Shown here piece by piece: positions 52,836 through 62,401 of a stretch of DNA of 64,000 nt. Numbering within the stretch: position 1 is the first letter of the stretch; every line of letters begins with the position of its first letter. The position numbers and the translations under genes are program-made. This DNA comes from Thermodesulfobacteriota bacterium (lineage in GTDB: Bacteria > Desulfobacterota_D > UBA1144 > Nemesobacterales > Mycalebacteriaceae): NCBI GenBank assembly GCA_965205855.1, contig OZ242184.1, positions 256,001-320,000 on the forward strand. Direction: 5' to 3'. The notes beneath the pieces are model-generated. The model worked only from the letters and a program-made list of their open reading frames with translations, had not been told where the DNA came from and made no database searches.

Positions 52836-53828
52836 TCCAAGTCGCATAGTCAACGAAATCATAAATGCCATTCATCAGTCTGGTGGAGTAGCAGCGTATG
52901 TATCTGAATCTACAAGAACTCACCCGCGAAAATTCATAATAAGTTATATGGGAAACACATACAGCCTATGGGTATATGTATGGACACTTACTCACGGAGG
53001 TCGAGCTTCTCTTCCAGATGAATATAGAATACAAATGACCTCGGTAACATCACCACTGCCAAAAAATCCAAATGGGTTAACAGTTTTAATGGGTTATCAT
53101 CCTGATTTAAGAATGCTCGCTGGATTTGATTTAGAAAAACACAGCACCTTTGCAACAGGGTCACCGTCAGTACAAATTAACATATCTGCAATTCATGCTG
53201 CTTTACAAAATGGCTTATCATTCTTCACAAAAGAAAATGATGAAATAGCTATTGGTGTGAGGGCAGATCAATTTCTAAGTTATTCTCTAAATGCTGCTTC
53301 ACTCCATTTGTACGGTGCGGAAAGCCAATTGACAGATATGCTTACAAAAGCAGTAGAATTACAAGAAATACCTGAGCAAGATATTTCGAGTCTTGCCGCA
53401 GACCGTAAACAAATTGTGGAAAATGTAAGTAGGTATTCCCGTGATGCTAATTTTAGAAAATTAGTAATGGGGCTTATGATAATCGGTGTGCGGTAACACG
53501 AACACAGTTACGTTTGGTGGATGCCGCACATATCTTACCTGTGCCATCAGGTGATAGTAGTGATCATGTAACAAACGGAATGGCTTTATCACCCACATTT
53601 CATCGAGCATATGATAACTGTCTTATTTACTTAGATGAAAATTTTGTGATGAAACTTAACGAACAAAAAGCCGAAGAATTAAGAGCAAATAATTTAGATG
53701 GTGGACTTCAGCAGTTCTGTTCATTTCTTGATAAGAAAATACATCTTCCAATTGACGTTAATCAACGGCCAAGAATTGAATATATTAAAATGGCAAATGA
53801 GCATCGTAGAATACCAGGGTATGTATAA
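52816..53828 (+). pseudogene. Cassette 3: HNH restriction endonuclease, frameshifted near 53470
   Basis: RDANFRKLVM then, in another frame, AYDNRCAVT...VDAAHI...NGMALSPTFHRAYD; a 1-nt deletion at ATGGGGCT joins the two track ORFs. Confidence 0.82.
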
Positions 53829-53834
53829 TAAAAC

Positions 53835-53892
53835 GGCTAACAAAAAAATCCAGCGGACGCAAGAAGCCGCGCCGCTGATTTAGACGTTAGCT
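53835..53892 (+). other. attC3
   Basis: GGCTAAC...GTTAGCT; its R'' complements the cassette start GTTAGCC. Confidence 0.9.
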
Positions 53893-53912
53893 GAAAAAAA
53901 CAAGGAGCACCT

Positions 53913-55133
53913 ATGAGTGAATGGTGGTACACAGAAAAGAGCAAAAAGATTGGGCAAATCCAACAAGAAGAGCTTTCAAAGCTATTTCAAAATGGAAAAA
54001 TCACTCCGAATACTATGGTGTGGCAGGAAGGAATGCCGGAATGGAAGCCTCTCGGCAATGTAGAAGCGCTTGAGTCTCTAAAGGCAACTCTTCCGCCGCC
54101 ACTCCCCCCGAAGTCTGAACCTGATGTGCTGAGTTTTCCGTTGGCTAATAGATGGCCACGGTTCTTTGCTCGAATATTTGATGTGTGGTGGTAGGTTTTG
54201 GCTGTTTCCCTCGTCGCAGGTTATACGCTCGGTACTTACTCTGCAGGATTTGTTGAATGGATTAATGGTCCTGGGGCAAGTCAACTATTTGGAATTGCGT
54301 GTTTACCTGTGGCGTTAATGCTCGATGCTTTGATCTACAAGGCCGCAGGTAATACGCCTGGAAAAGCAATACTTGGCCTAAAGGTTACAACTCTAAATGG
54401 ACAACCATTAAGCCTCGGGCAATATCTTGGCCGCAATTTGTCTTTATGGGTGAGTGGTCTTGCATTTGGCCTTCCGCTGATAAATCTTTTTACTCTTGCA
54501 AATCAATCAAGCCGCCTTGGTAAAGGAAAACAAGCAAGCTACGATGAGCCAACAGGATATAGGGTTCATGCGAAGCCATCAGGATGGATCAGAATAACTA
54601 TTTTTTCCTTAGCGTTCATTTCTCTATTTTTCGTTATGGCTGTTCTCAACAGCATGGAGCAAGCTGCTCAACGGGATGCGATACTAAATTACAGCCAGAA
54701 TGATTATTCATGGGAAAACCCTGCCACGAAAATAAGTGCCGAAATAGAATCAAACTGGAAACACTCCGCCAGTAAGAATGAAGATCAGCAAGAAATATAT
54801 ATGTTCAATGAGATTGCTGACAGGGCAGTAGTTGTTTTTGCTGGGGAATACGCGCCCGGGTTTACTCTGCAGGAGTATGTTTCTGCCTTTCGAAAAAGCA
54901 CAGCCTCAAATATGAGATTCTCTGACGGCGGTCGCTTCTTCCAAAAACAGGGGGTTAATGCATGGAGTGGTTCGGGCAGTATGGTTGATAGCGGGACGAA
55001 CCGACTAACCGTAGAGATACGCCAACACGGTTCAGAATTTTGGCGAGTAGTCACAATTCAGGTAATGCCTTATGCCTATTCTGATGATCTGGTACAGACA
55101 CTTAATTCTGCACTTTGGAGTACGGTTAAGTAA
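53913..55133 (+). pseudogene. Cassette 4: GYF_2/DUF4339 + RDD-family membrane protein with an in-frame TAG at 54192
   Basis: WWY...TMVWQEGMPEWKP domain; RWPRFFARIFD*...TPGKAILGLKV; both track ORFs share one frame. Confidence 0.8.
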
Positions 55134-55137
55134 ATTC

Positions 55138-55215
55138 AGCTAACAATCGCATGCACTCGGACAGCAAAAAGCGCCGCTCGTTCCTCGCTCCGCCCCCCTT
55201 ATGTTGGCGTTAGGC
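55138..55215 (+). other. attC4 (chimeric, arms do not pair)
   Basis: AGCTAAC and GTTAGGC are present, but the inner left arm ATGCACTCGGACAGCAAAAAG has no complement on the right. Confidence 0.7.
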
Positions 55216-55232
55216 AATAAATAGGAAATCAA

Positions 55233-55565
55233 GTGGAAATAATTAAAACCTTTGGTTTGTTTTTAGTTACGGCATTAGCAGAAATTATTGGCTGTTATCT
55301 TCCTTATCTGTGGTTAAAGCAAGGGCATTCCATCTGGTTGTTGGTTCCTGCAGCAATTAGTCTCGCAGCATTTGCTTGGCTGCTAACTTTGCATCCCCAA
55401 GCCGCCGGTCGTGTTTACGCCGCATATGGTGGAGTCTATGTAAGCGTTGCATTGCTTTGGTTGTGGGCCGTCGATTCAGTTCGCCCAACGGTAACTGATT
55501 GGGTTGGTGTAGGAGTTGTTCTTATCGGTATGTTCATCATTATGTTTGGGCATCGTTATGCCTAA
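55233..55565 (+). CDS. Cassette 5: YnfA (UPF0060) SMR-like membrane protein
   Basis: [25 protein letters not shown]. Confidence 0.9.
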   Translation: MEIIKTFGLFLVTALAEIIGCYLPYLWLKQGHSIWLLVPAAISLAAFAWLLTLHPQAAGRVYAAYGGVYVSVALLWLWAVDSVRPTVTDWVGVGVVLIGMFIIMFGHRYA

Positions 55566-55631
55566 CAAGTCGCTCGTTCGGATGCAAACTACGCTGCGCT
55601 TCGTTTGCACCGCACAGCTTTAACGTTAGGC
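55560..55631 (+). other. attC5
   Basis: GCCTAAC...TGCAAAC/GTTTGCA...GTTAGGC; near-identical to attC8. Confidence 0.9.
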
Positions 55632-55667
55632 TGCACACACGAGGTTTTCGCTTAACAGGAGGAGACA

Positions 55668-56045
55668 ATGAAAGCGATCGCTGTACTCGCGATTATGGCT
55701 ACGGGAATTTTGATCGGCAGCGTGCCCTCAACGGCTAACGCAGCGACAGGGTTTCTAAAGGGTGAACGCGACGAGGGATTGTCAAAAATTTGCTTCTACG
55801 ACGTCCTGGGAGAAACTCACACGCTGAATGTTTCATCTGTTAGCCTTTGTCCGCTTAGCTACAATTTCGACATCACGCCGGATGTCCCAGCACAGCGTCA
55901 GTATGAATCTGGTGGCAAGACAGGTTTCTTATCGGGTGAGCGCGAACAAGGCCTTAGTAAGATTTGCTATTACGATGTGCTTGGCGAGACTTACGCGCTC
56001 ACAATCAGCTCTGTAATGCTATGCCCTCTTACTCACCGTTTTTAG
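55668..56045 (+). CDS. Cassette 6: secreted protein with a duplicated two-Cys motif
   Basis: Signal peptide; TGFLxGERxxGLSKICxYDVLGETxxLxxSSVxLCPL occurs twice; SD AGGAGG. Confidence 0.75.
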   Translation: MKAIAVLAIMATGILIGSVPSTANAATGFLKGERDEGLSKICFYDVLGETHTLNVSSVSLCPLSYNFDITPDVPAQRQYESGGKTGFLSGEREQGLSKICYYDVLGETYALTISSVMLCPLTHRF

Positions 56046-56052
56046 GTGTGAA

Positions 56053-56136
56053 GCCTAACAAATCATTCAAGCTGGCAGCCTGGCGGCTGCCCATCGACGC
56101 CTGCTGCGCAGGCGCCGCTTAATTCAGACGTTAGAT
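56053..56136 (+). other. attC6 (with an extra internal hairpin)
   Basis: GCCTAAC...ATTCAAGC...GCTTAAT...GTTAGAT; internal GGCAGCC/GGCTGCC and GCGCCTGC-type hairpins. Confidence 0.85.
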
Positions 56137-56151
56137 GCAAAAGGAGAAATC

Positions 56152-56455
56152 ATGAAAAAGATCATTCTTGTTGGAGTTTTATCGACTTTATGCAGCTTTG
56201 CTTTCGCAGATGAAGGTATAGTTGTAAAAGAAGATGTGTGGTAGCGGTAATTCGATAATAGAAACGACAGATGGTTGGTATATTGCTGCCGAGCATTATT
56301 CTGGTGTTTATCTTTATGAAGGAGATGTAGTTTACGGTAAAATGAAAACATATGGGTTCCAAACTTTAACGAGAGAAGATGGTGAAGAAGGGAAATTTTA
56401 CATAGAAGACTATGAAAGCGATATTAGCGATGCATTTGAAGAGTTATGCGATTAA
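56152..56455 (+). pseudogene. Cassette 7 gene A: secreted hypothetical protein, frameshifted near 56238
   Basis: SD AGGAG plus MKKIILVGVLSTLCSFAFADEGIVVKED, continuing CGSGNSIIETTDGWY in another frame across a GT dinucleotide run. Confidence 0.65.
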
Positions 56456-56483
56456 TCCAATTTTTAATCAAGGAGTAAACGAA

Positions 56484-56756
56484 ATGACAAAAAAGACAAA
56501 ATACAACAAATCATCAATTGAACAATTACCCAATGACAAACCTGTTTTATATAGGATTGAAACCGAAAGCGGAAATCTTAATTATGCAGGCATTGCCCAA
56601 AGAGGCAGAGTTCAAGATAGAATAAAAGAACATCTCGGTGAGATACCTGGTTCATCTGTATCTATTGAGCAGTTTAAAAGTGTCAGTGATGCCCGAGAAA
56701 AAGAAAAGAACGTGATAAAACGGAATAAACCCAAATACAACACGCAAGACAAATAA
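56484..56756 (+). CDS. Cassette 7 gene B: small GIY-YIG-like protein
   Basis: PVLYRI...NYAG...RVQDRIKEH...EKNVI...PKYN pattern; SD AAGGAG. Confidence 0.7.
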   Translation: MTKKTKYNKSSIEQLPNDKPVLYRIETESGNLNYAGIAQRGRVQDRIKEHLGEIPGSSVSIEQFKSVSDAREKEKNVIKRNKPKYNTQDK

Positions 56757-56762
56757 TGACGC

Positions 56763-56818
56763 ATCTAACAAAACACTCCAGCGGACGGCTACGCCGCCGC
56801 TGAGTTTAATCGTTATAC
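56763..56818 (+). other. attC7
   Basis: ATCTAAC...ACTCCAGCGG/CCGCTGAGT...GTTATAC. Confidence 0.9.
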
Positions 56819-56837
56819 CTAAAAGGGAGAGTAAGAA

Positions 56838-58385
56838 ATGAAACCAATAGTAGCAAATAACAAACCTGCAAAAGTAACGCTTACAAAAGGCGAAGAGTAT
56901 TACTTTTGCGCCTGCGGACAGTCGAGTAATCAACCATTTTGTGACGGCTCACATGCAGGGACGAGCTTTAAACCAAAAGCATTTGTCGCTGAAGAAAGCG
57001 GCGATTCGTATTTATGTCAGTGTAAGCATTCTGCGAATTTACCTTTTTGCGATGGCAGTCATAAGCAGTTTGATGATGCTGCGATTGGAAAAGAAGGCCC
57101 TGGGATTCAAGTCAAATCGGATAATATTCCTGTTGCACGCGCGACAAGTGATGAACCCACAGTTGAATTTATTCACCAATTAGCGAGAGAAGGTTTATCC
57201 AAGATGGGGCATCACGGCCCTATGGTGTCAATGGGTGTGCCACGTCATCTATTGCCGCATTGGGATGATATTCAGGTAATGGTGGCACAAATGGCGACTA
57301 AGCCATTGTTTGAAGATGTATCCGTGAAAACTGAGCTGGTGATAGGTCCAAAAGCCAAAAAACCACTGAAATTAAACATTCCACTGTTTGTTTCCGATAT
57401 GAGTTTTGGTGCGTTATCTGAAGAAGCTAAACTCGCCCTGGCTAAAGGTGCGGAATTAGCCGGTACTGGTATTTGCTCCGGTGAGGGTGGCATGCTGCCA
57501 GAAGAGCAGCAGGCTAATTCTCGCTACTTTTATGAACTGGCGAGCGCGCAATTTGGCTATGATGAGTCGAAGTTAAAAAATGTGCAGGCCTTTCACTTTA
57601 AGGGAGGTCAAGGTGCAAAAACAGGAACAGGTGGACACCTTCCAGGTAATAAAAATACGGGCAAAATTTCCAAAGTTCGTGGCATTCCAGAGGGCGAACC
57701 CGCAATATCTCCTCCAACATTTAAAGACTTGCATACTGCTGTAGACTTTAGAAGATTTGCCGACCACGTTCGCGAAGTGACTGGCGGTATTCCCATTGGT
57801 TTTAAGCTGAGTGCCAACCATATTGAAAAAGATATCCAGTTTGCTTTAGATGCCAGTGCTGACTACATCATTTTAGATGGTCGTGGTGGGGGTACGGGAG
57901 CTGCGCCTGAAATATTTCGTAATCATATCAGTGTGCCAACGATACCGGCACTGGCACGTGCAAGGCGCTATCTTGACGAGCAAGGCGTTGGTAATGACGT
58001 AACCCTTATTATTACGGGTGGCTTGCGTGTGCCGATGGATTTTGTAAAAGCAATGGCATTGGGTGCAAATGGTGTGGCTGTATCAAATAGTGCCATGCAG
58101 TCCATCGGTTGTGTGGCTGCACGTATGTGTAACACGAATAATTGCCCAGCGGGTATCGCCACGCAAAAAGCAGATTTGCGCCAACGACTAAATGTGGATA
58201 AATCAGCGGAGCAATTGAACAATTTCTTTGAAGCATCTGCTGAACTTATGCAAGTCATGGCAAGGGCCTGTGGTCATGACTCCTTGAGTGGATTCAATAA
58301 AGAAGACCTGGCAACGTGGAATCGTGAGATGGCTTTACTGTCCGGCATTAAATATTCAGGGTTTACAAACCTGGAAAGGGTATAA
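56838..58385 (+). CDS. Cassette 8: tandem CDGSH Fe-S domains fused to an FMN-binding glutamate synthase-like domain
   Basis: Two PFCDGSH motifs; MSFGALS, GEGG, GQGAKTGTGG, DGRGGGTG, CVAARMCNTNNCP. Confidence 0.9.
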   Translation: MKPIVANNKPAKVTLTKGEEYYFCACGQSSNQPFCDGSHAGTSFKPKAFVAEESGDSYLCQCKHSANLPFCDGSHKQFDDAAIGKEGPGIQVKSDNIPVARATSDEPTVEFIHQLAREGLSKMGHHGPMVSMGVPRHLLPHWDDIQVMVAQMATKPLFEDVSVKTELVIGPKAKKPLKLNIPLFVSDMSFGALSEEAKLALAKGAELAGTGICSGEGGMLPEEQQANSRYFYELASAQFGYDESKLKNVQAFHFKGGQGAKTGTGGHLPGNKNTGKISKVRGIPEGEPAISPPTFKDLHTAVDFRRFADHVREVTGGIPIGFKLSANHIEKDIQFALDASADYIILDGRGGGTGAAPEIFRNHISVPTIPALARARRYLDEQGVGNDVTLIITGGLRVPMDFVKAMALGANGVAVSNSAMQSIGCVAARMCNTNNCPAGIATQKADLRQRLNVDKSAEQLNNFFEASAELMQVMARACGHDSLSGFNKEDLATWNREMALLSGIKYSGFTNLERV

Positions 58386-58451
58386 CAAGACGCTCGTTCT
58401 GACGCAAACTACACTGCGCTTCGTTTGCGCCGCACAGCTTAATCGTTAGAC
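58380..58451 (+). other. attC8
   Basis: GTATAAC...CGCAAAC/GTTTGCG...GTTAGAC. Confidence 0.9.
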
Positions 58452-58470
58452 AACAGATAAGGAATACATT

Positions 58471-59415
58471 ATGGAAGCATATCTATTGAATGAAGCAGGG
58501 GATGTTGAGAACCTGGTTCTGAGCGAAGTCAAGAAGCCCGAGATCAAGGCAGACGAAGTGCTGGTTGAAACGAAAGCAATCAGCATTAACCCGGTGGATG
58601 TAAAAGCGAGATCGGCGGATGAAGTCCTCACTATGATTCTGGGCACGGAAGATCGTCCGGTCATACTTGGCTGGGATATTGCCGGAACCGTTGTAGCGGT
58701 CGGCGAAGAGGTTAACGAGCTTGAAGTCGGCAACAAGGTATTCGGTATGGTCAATTTTCCGGGTCAAGGTAAAGCCTATGCCGAGTATGTCGCATCACCG
58801 ACTAGTCATCTCGCTATAATGCCAGAAAAGGCAACGTTTGAAGAAGCTGCGGCAACCACATTGGCTGCATTGACCGCTCTGCAGGCACTTCAGCCGCGTG
58901 TCAATAAGGGTGACCGCATGCTAATTCATGCCGGTTCAGGCGGTGTGGGGCATTTCGCGATCCAGATTGCCAAGAAACTCGGCGCGTATGTGATTTCCAC
59001 CTCATCCGCCAAGAACCGCGATTTTATCATGTCACTCGGCGCAGATGAGCACATTGACTACCGTGAGCAGAAGTTCGAAGAGGTTCTGTCGGATATCGAC
59101 TTCGTTCTCGATGGTATGGGTGGAGAGGTCCTTGAAAACTCCCTGAAAGTCGTCAAAGACGGCGGCATAATCGTCTCTTTGCCCACCCACCAATTCCCGG
59201 AAGATTTGCAGTCCAAGGCGGATCAGTGTAACGTCGCGCTGGAGTTCGTTCTTGTCCAGTCGAGCGGCGAAGACATGAATACCCTGAAAGGTATGATCGA
59301 AGCCGACGAACTGAAGCCCCAGGTTTCGAAAATCTTCCCGTTTGAGAAAATGGCAGATGCCCACATCCAGATCGAATCCGGCCGAACCGTGGGCAAGATA
59401 GTTGTTACTCTATAA
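58471..59415 (+). CDS. Cassette 9: NADP-dependent oxidoreductase (MDR/quinone reductase-like)
   Basis: SINPVD, LGWDIAG, HAGSGGVG, GRTVGKIV. Confidence 0.9.
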   Translation: MEAYLLNEAGDVENLVLSEVKKPEIKADEVLVETKAISINPVDVKARSADEVLTMILGTEDRPVILGWDIAGTVVAVGEEVNELEVGNKVFGMVNFPGQGKAYAEYVASPTSHLAIMPEKATFEEAAATTLAALTALQALQPRVNKGDRMLIHAGSGGVGHFAIQIAKKLGAYVISTSSAKNRDFIMSLGADEHIDYREQKFEEVLSDIDFVLDGMGGEVLENSLKVVKDGGIIVSLPTHQFPEDLQSKADQCNVALEFVLVQSSGEDMNTLKGMIEADELKPQVSKIFPFEKMADAHIQIESGRTVGKIVVTL

Positions 59416-59436
59416 GAGGACTTAACTCAATATGAT

Positions 59437-59508
59437 GCCTAACAAGGCGTTGTAGTCGGACTGTTTTTCCGCTACGCTCCAAACCAGCCGCAAAGCGCGG
59501 CGTTCTGT
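59437..59508 (+). other. attC9
   Basis: GCCTAAC...TTGTAGTCGG/CCGCAA...GTTCTGT (non-canonical R' contributed by cassette 10). Confidence 0.8.
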
Positions 59509-59567
59509 AAAAAGTTAAAAATGGAAATCAAAAAAGTGTAATAGTCACCATTTGATTAAAATCACCT

Positions 59568-60152
59568 ATGACGATCAAAGAATTCCAGTGCATAATGCCT
59601 ATCGAGAACATACCCTCGGTTATAAAGCATGGAATCCTTTGTCATATTTTGGCAGGAGCCCTGCCACACAAAAGCATCGCAATGGAAAGTGCTCAGGAAA
59701 AAAGAGCTGGAATTCTACTTCCGGATAAGCGACCTTTGCATGAGTTTGCTAATGTTTATTTCCATGCGAGAAATCCAATGATGTATTTGAGAAGATCACT
59801 CGCTGGAAGCCTATGTGTTTTACAAGTATCACCAAAAATCCTGATGATTGAAGGCTGTTGGGTGAGTGACGGCAATGCTGCAAGTCGTAAATATGTAAAG
59901 TTCTACAGACCCTCAGAAATGGATTCTAAATTGAACTTTGATATGATCTTTGCAAAAAGATGGGTTGATCATAACACTCCGTTCGGATCGGAAAGAAAAC
60001 GTGCCAAATGCGCGGAAGTTCTTGTTCCAGATGAGATTACCCCAGATCACATAACTGGAGCTTATGTCGTCGATCTGATTAGACAGCAGATGTTGGCTGA
60101 TAATGGCTTCAATAAGCCAATAACGATTGACCCAGATTTGTTTTTCCGGTAG
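59568..60152 (+). CDS. darT: Cassette 10: DarT ssDNA ADP-ribosyltransferase toxin (DUF4433)
   Basis: NIPSVIKHGIL, VYFHARNPMMY, SDGNAAS, AEVLVP catalytic Glu. Confidence 0.88.
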   Translation: MTIKEFQCIMPIENIPSVIKHGILCHILAGALPHKSIAMESAQEKRAGILLPDKRPLHEFANVYFHARNPMMYLRRSLAGSLCVLQVSPKILMIEGCWVSDGNAASRKYVKFYRPSEMDSKLNFDMIFAKRWVDHNTPFGSERKRAKCAEVLVPDEITPDHITGAYVVDLIRQQMLADNGFNKPITIDPDLFFR

Positions 60153-60184
60153 ACACCACTGTCGACTGTGAAAGGGTTTATTTA

Positions 60185-60874
60185 ATGGCATGCCAAATAA
60201 TCAAAGGTAATATATTTTGCACGAGAGCACAAACGATCGTCAATACAGTCAATTGCGTAGGAGTTATGGGGGCTGGCATAGCTCTTGAGTGTCGATTGCG
60301 ATACCCGAAAATGTTCATTCGGTATCAGGAATTTTGTAATACCGGACAAATTGATATTGGGAAGATATGGCTTTATAAGGGCGATGATCGTTGGATTCTT
60401 AATTTTCCTACCAAGAAGCATTGGAAGTATCCTTCAAAAGAGGAATATCTGATCAAAGGTTTGGAGAAGTTCACAAATCATTACTCTCGATTAGGAATTC
60501 AATCAATTGCCTTTCCACTTCTAGGCGCAAGTCACGGGGAGTTATCATCCGAGACAAGCCTTAAAATCATGCGTTCATGCTTGGACAGCCTTGAAATCGA
60601 TATAGAAATCTACGAGTATGATCCATTGGCCGCTGATGATCTATTCGACCAAGTGAAAGAGAGAATATTAGAGTCTACCCCCGAGGAATTGGCCAACATC
60701 CTAAATATACGGAGGGATATATGTGAAAAAGTTCTTACGGTTTTTGCGTCTCCAGACGTTCTTCAGCTTAATCAGATCGGTCGAGTCAAAGGTATAGGCA
60801 TTAAAACACTTGAGAAGGTTTTTCAGTGGGCGACGAAGCCTAATAATGGAGACCAAACAACATTACCACTATGA
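60185..60874 (+). CDS. darG: Cassette 10: DarG macrodomain antitoxin with a C-terminal HhH-like motif
   Basis: GNIF, VNTVNCVGVMGAGIA, NFPTKKHWK, SIAFPLLG; VKGIGIKTLEKV. Confidence 0.85.
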   Translation: MACQIIKGNIFCTRAQTIVNTVNCVGVMGAGIALECRLRYPKMFIRYQEFCNTGQIDIGKIWLYKGDDRWILNFPTKKHWKYPSKEEYLIKGLEKFTNHYSRLGIQSIAFPLLGASHGELSSETSLKIMRSCLDSLEIDIEIYEYDPLAADDLFDQVKERILESTPEELANILNIRRDICEKVLTVFASPDVLQLNQIGRVKGIGIKTLEKVFQWATKPNNGDQTTLPL

Positions 60875-60941
60875 CAGAACAAGACGATGGAGGACAACGA
60901 TTTTGGCTGCGCCAAAATCGTGCCTCATCTTTACGTTAGAA
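60874..60941 (+). other. attC10
   Basis: ACAGAAC...ACGATTTTGGC/GCCAAAATCGT...GTTAGAA. Confidence 0.85.
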
Positions 60942-60953
60942 CTCATAAGAATA

Positions 60954-61283
60954 ATGATGAAGAAACTACATATTGCAATTTCTACAAATAAGATAAACGA
61001 GACAATAAACGATTACACTATTCGCCTAGGTGTCGAACCGTGTCTATTTGTTCCGAACGAATACGCATTATGGAGAACGGACTCGCTGAATGTATCGATT
61101 CGCCAAGATTCTTCTTGTACTCCTGGAGACCTTCGACATTTAGGTTGGGAAGATGATTCCGCTGAAGAGTTTAGCCAAGATACTGATGTAAACGGAATTA
61201 TTTGGGAACATTTTAATGCTCAACAACAAGCTGACGGAATTAACGAATTATGGTCAGAAATAAATTATCAGTCAGCAGATTGA
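60954..61283 (+). CDS. Cassette 11: VOC/glyoxalase-like protein
   Basis: KLHIAI...LRHLGW...DVNGIIWE pattern. Confidence 0.65.
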   Translation: MMKKLHIAISTNKINETINDYTIRLGVEPCLFVPNEYALWRTDSLNVSIRQDSSCTPGDLRHLGWEDDSAEEFSQDTDVNGIIWEHFNAQQQADGINELWSEINYQSAD

Positions 61284-61284
61284 G

Positions 61285-61341
61285 TTCTAACAAATCATTC
61301 CAGCCGACCGCTAACGCGGCGGCTGAATTCAAGCGTTATGT
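61285..61341 (+). other. attC11
   Basis: TTCTAAC...ATTCCAGCCG/CGGCTGAAT...GTTATGT. Confidence 0.9.
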
Positions 61342-61369
61342 ATATAAATAAAAACAGAGGCCTTAAACA

Positions 61370-62299
61370 ATGACACTACAATCTGGAAAAAATAGAGTCA
61401 CGTTTCAAAGTGGAGGAAGTACTCTTATTGGGAATTTATACTGCCCCAGCGACTGGGATGCATCAAAGAAATACCCCGCTTTAGTTGTTTCAGGTCCACT
61501 GGGGACAGTAAAAGAGCAAGTATCTGGCAGGTTTTCTCAAAAGCTTGCCGAGCACGGTTTTGTTGCGCTGGCTTTCGACTTCCGAACTCAGGGGGAAAGT
61601 GAGGGGGAGCCAAAGAACTATGACAATCCATTTAATAAGGGCGAAGACATTCAGAATGCCATTAGTTATCTAGGTACTTTAGGTTTAACCGATAATTTTG
61701 GAGTTCTTGGTATATGCGCGGGAGCTACTTACTCAGTACACGGCATAGTCAGTGATTTACGTGTAAAAGCTTTTGCAACCCTGGTTGCTCATTTTTCATT
61801 ACGCGAATTTACAGGCTACAACCCGTTAGTGACGGCTGAAATTAGAACGATGTTGCTGAATCAATCTAACGAGGCCAGGCAGAAATTTTATGAAACAGGA
61901 ATTTCTGAACCTACGAATATAATCTATCCAGACATCTCATCCAAAGAAGAATTGCCCTTTCCTGGCGGGGATGCTGAAGACATATATGACTACTACTATC
62001 AACGAGGTGAGAACACCTGTCCGGGCTTTAGCAAAAAAATGGCTGCAATGTCTTACGAAGCACATATCAAATCAGATGCGCTCAGCCATGCAAAAGATAT
62101 TTCAGTTCCATATATGGGCATCGTAGGCAGTGAGGCATTCTCAAGGCCCTACACAGAACGCTTTATGAATGAAATTCTACACGACAACAAGGAGATAAAA
62201 GTTATTGAGGATGCCAGGCATGTACAAGCATATGATTGTGAGGAATATATTGATAATGCTTTGGAGTACTTGTCGAGTTTCTTTAACCGATATTTGTGA
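61370..62299 (+). CDS. Cassette 12: alpha/beta hydrolase (Cys-nucleophile, DLH-like)
   Basis: VKEQ, FDFRTQGESEG, GICAG, C-terminal His (ARHVQAYD). Confidence 0.85.
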   Translation: MTLQSGKNRVTFQSGGSTLIGNLYCPSDWDASKKYPALVVSGPLGTVKEQVSGRFSQKLAEHGFVALAFDFRTQGESEGEPKNYDNPFNKGEDIQNAISYLGTLGLTDNFGVLGICAGATYSVHGIVSDLRVKAFATLVAHFSLREFTGYNPLVTAEIRTMLLNQSNEARQKFYETGISEPTNIIYPDISSKEELPFPGGDAEDIYDYYYQRGENTCPGFSKKMAAMSYEAHIKSDALSHAKDISVPYMGIVGSEAFSRPYTERFMNEILHDNKEIKVIEDARHVQAYDCEEYIDNALEYLSSFFNRYL

Positions 62300-62306
62300 A
62301 GCATAT

Positions 62307-62379
62307 ACATAACAAGCGTATGCAGTCGGACTGTTAAACCGCTGCGCGCTTCGTCAGCCGCTGATGCGTGGCGTTAGAC
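62307..62379 (+). other. attC12
   Basis: ACATAAC...ATGCAGTCGG/CCGCTGAT...GTTAGAC; similar to attC13. Confidence 0.88.
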
Positions 62380-62401
62380 ATCTATAGGAATCATCCAGAA
62401 T

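Noticed and set aside
54192-54194. In-frame TAG as pyrrolysine or programmed readthrough
   Set aside because: TAG is a normal stop in many genes here and no pyl genes are present; a point nonsense change is simpler
60810-60953. Track N-terminal extension of the cassette 11 ORF (likewise 51645-51818 for the MTase)
   Set aside because: The extension crosses an attC site; the true start is downstream of the R' box
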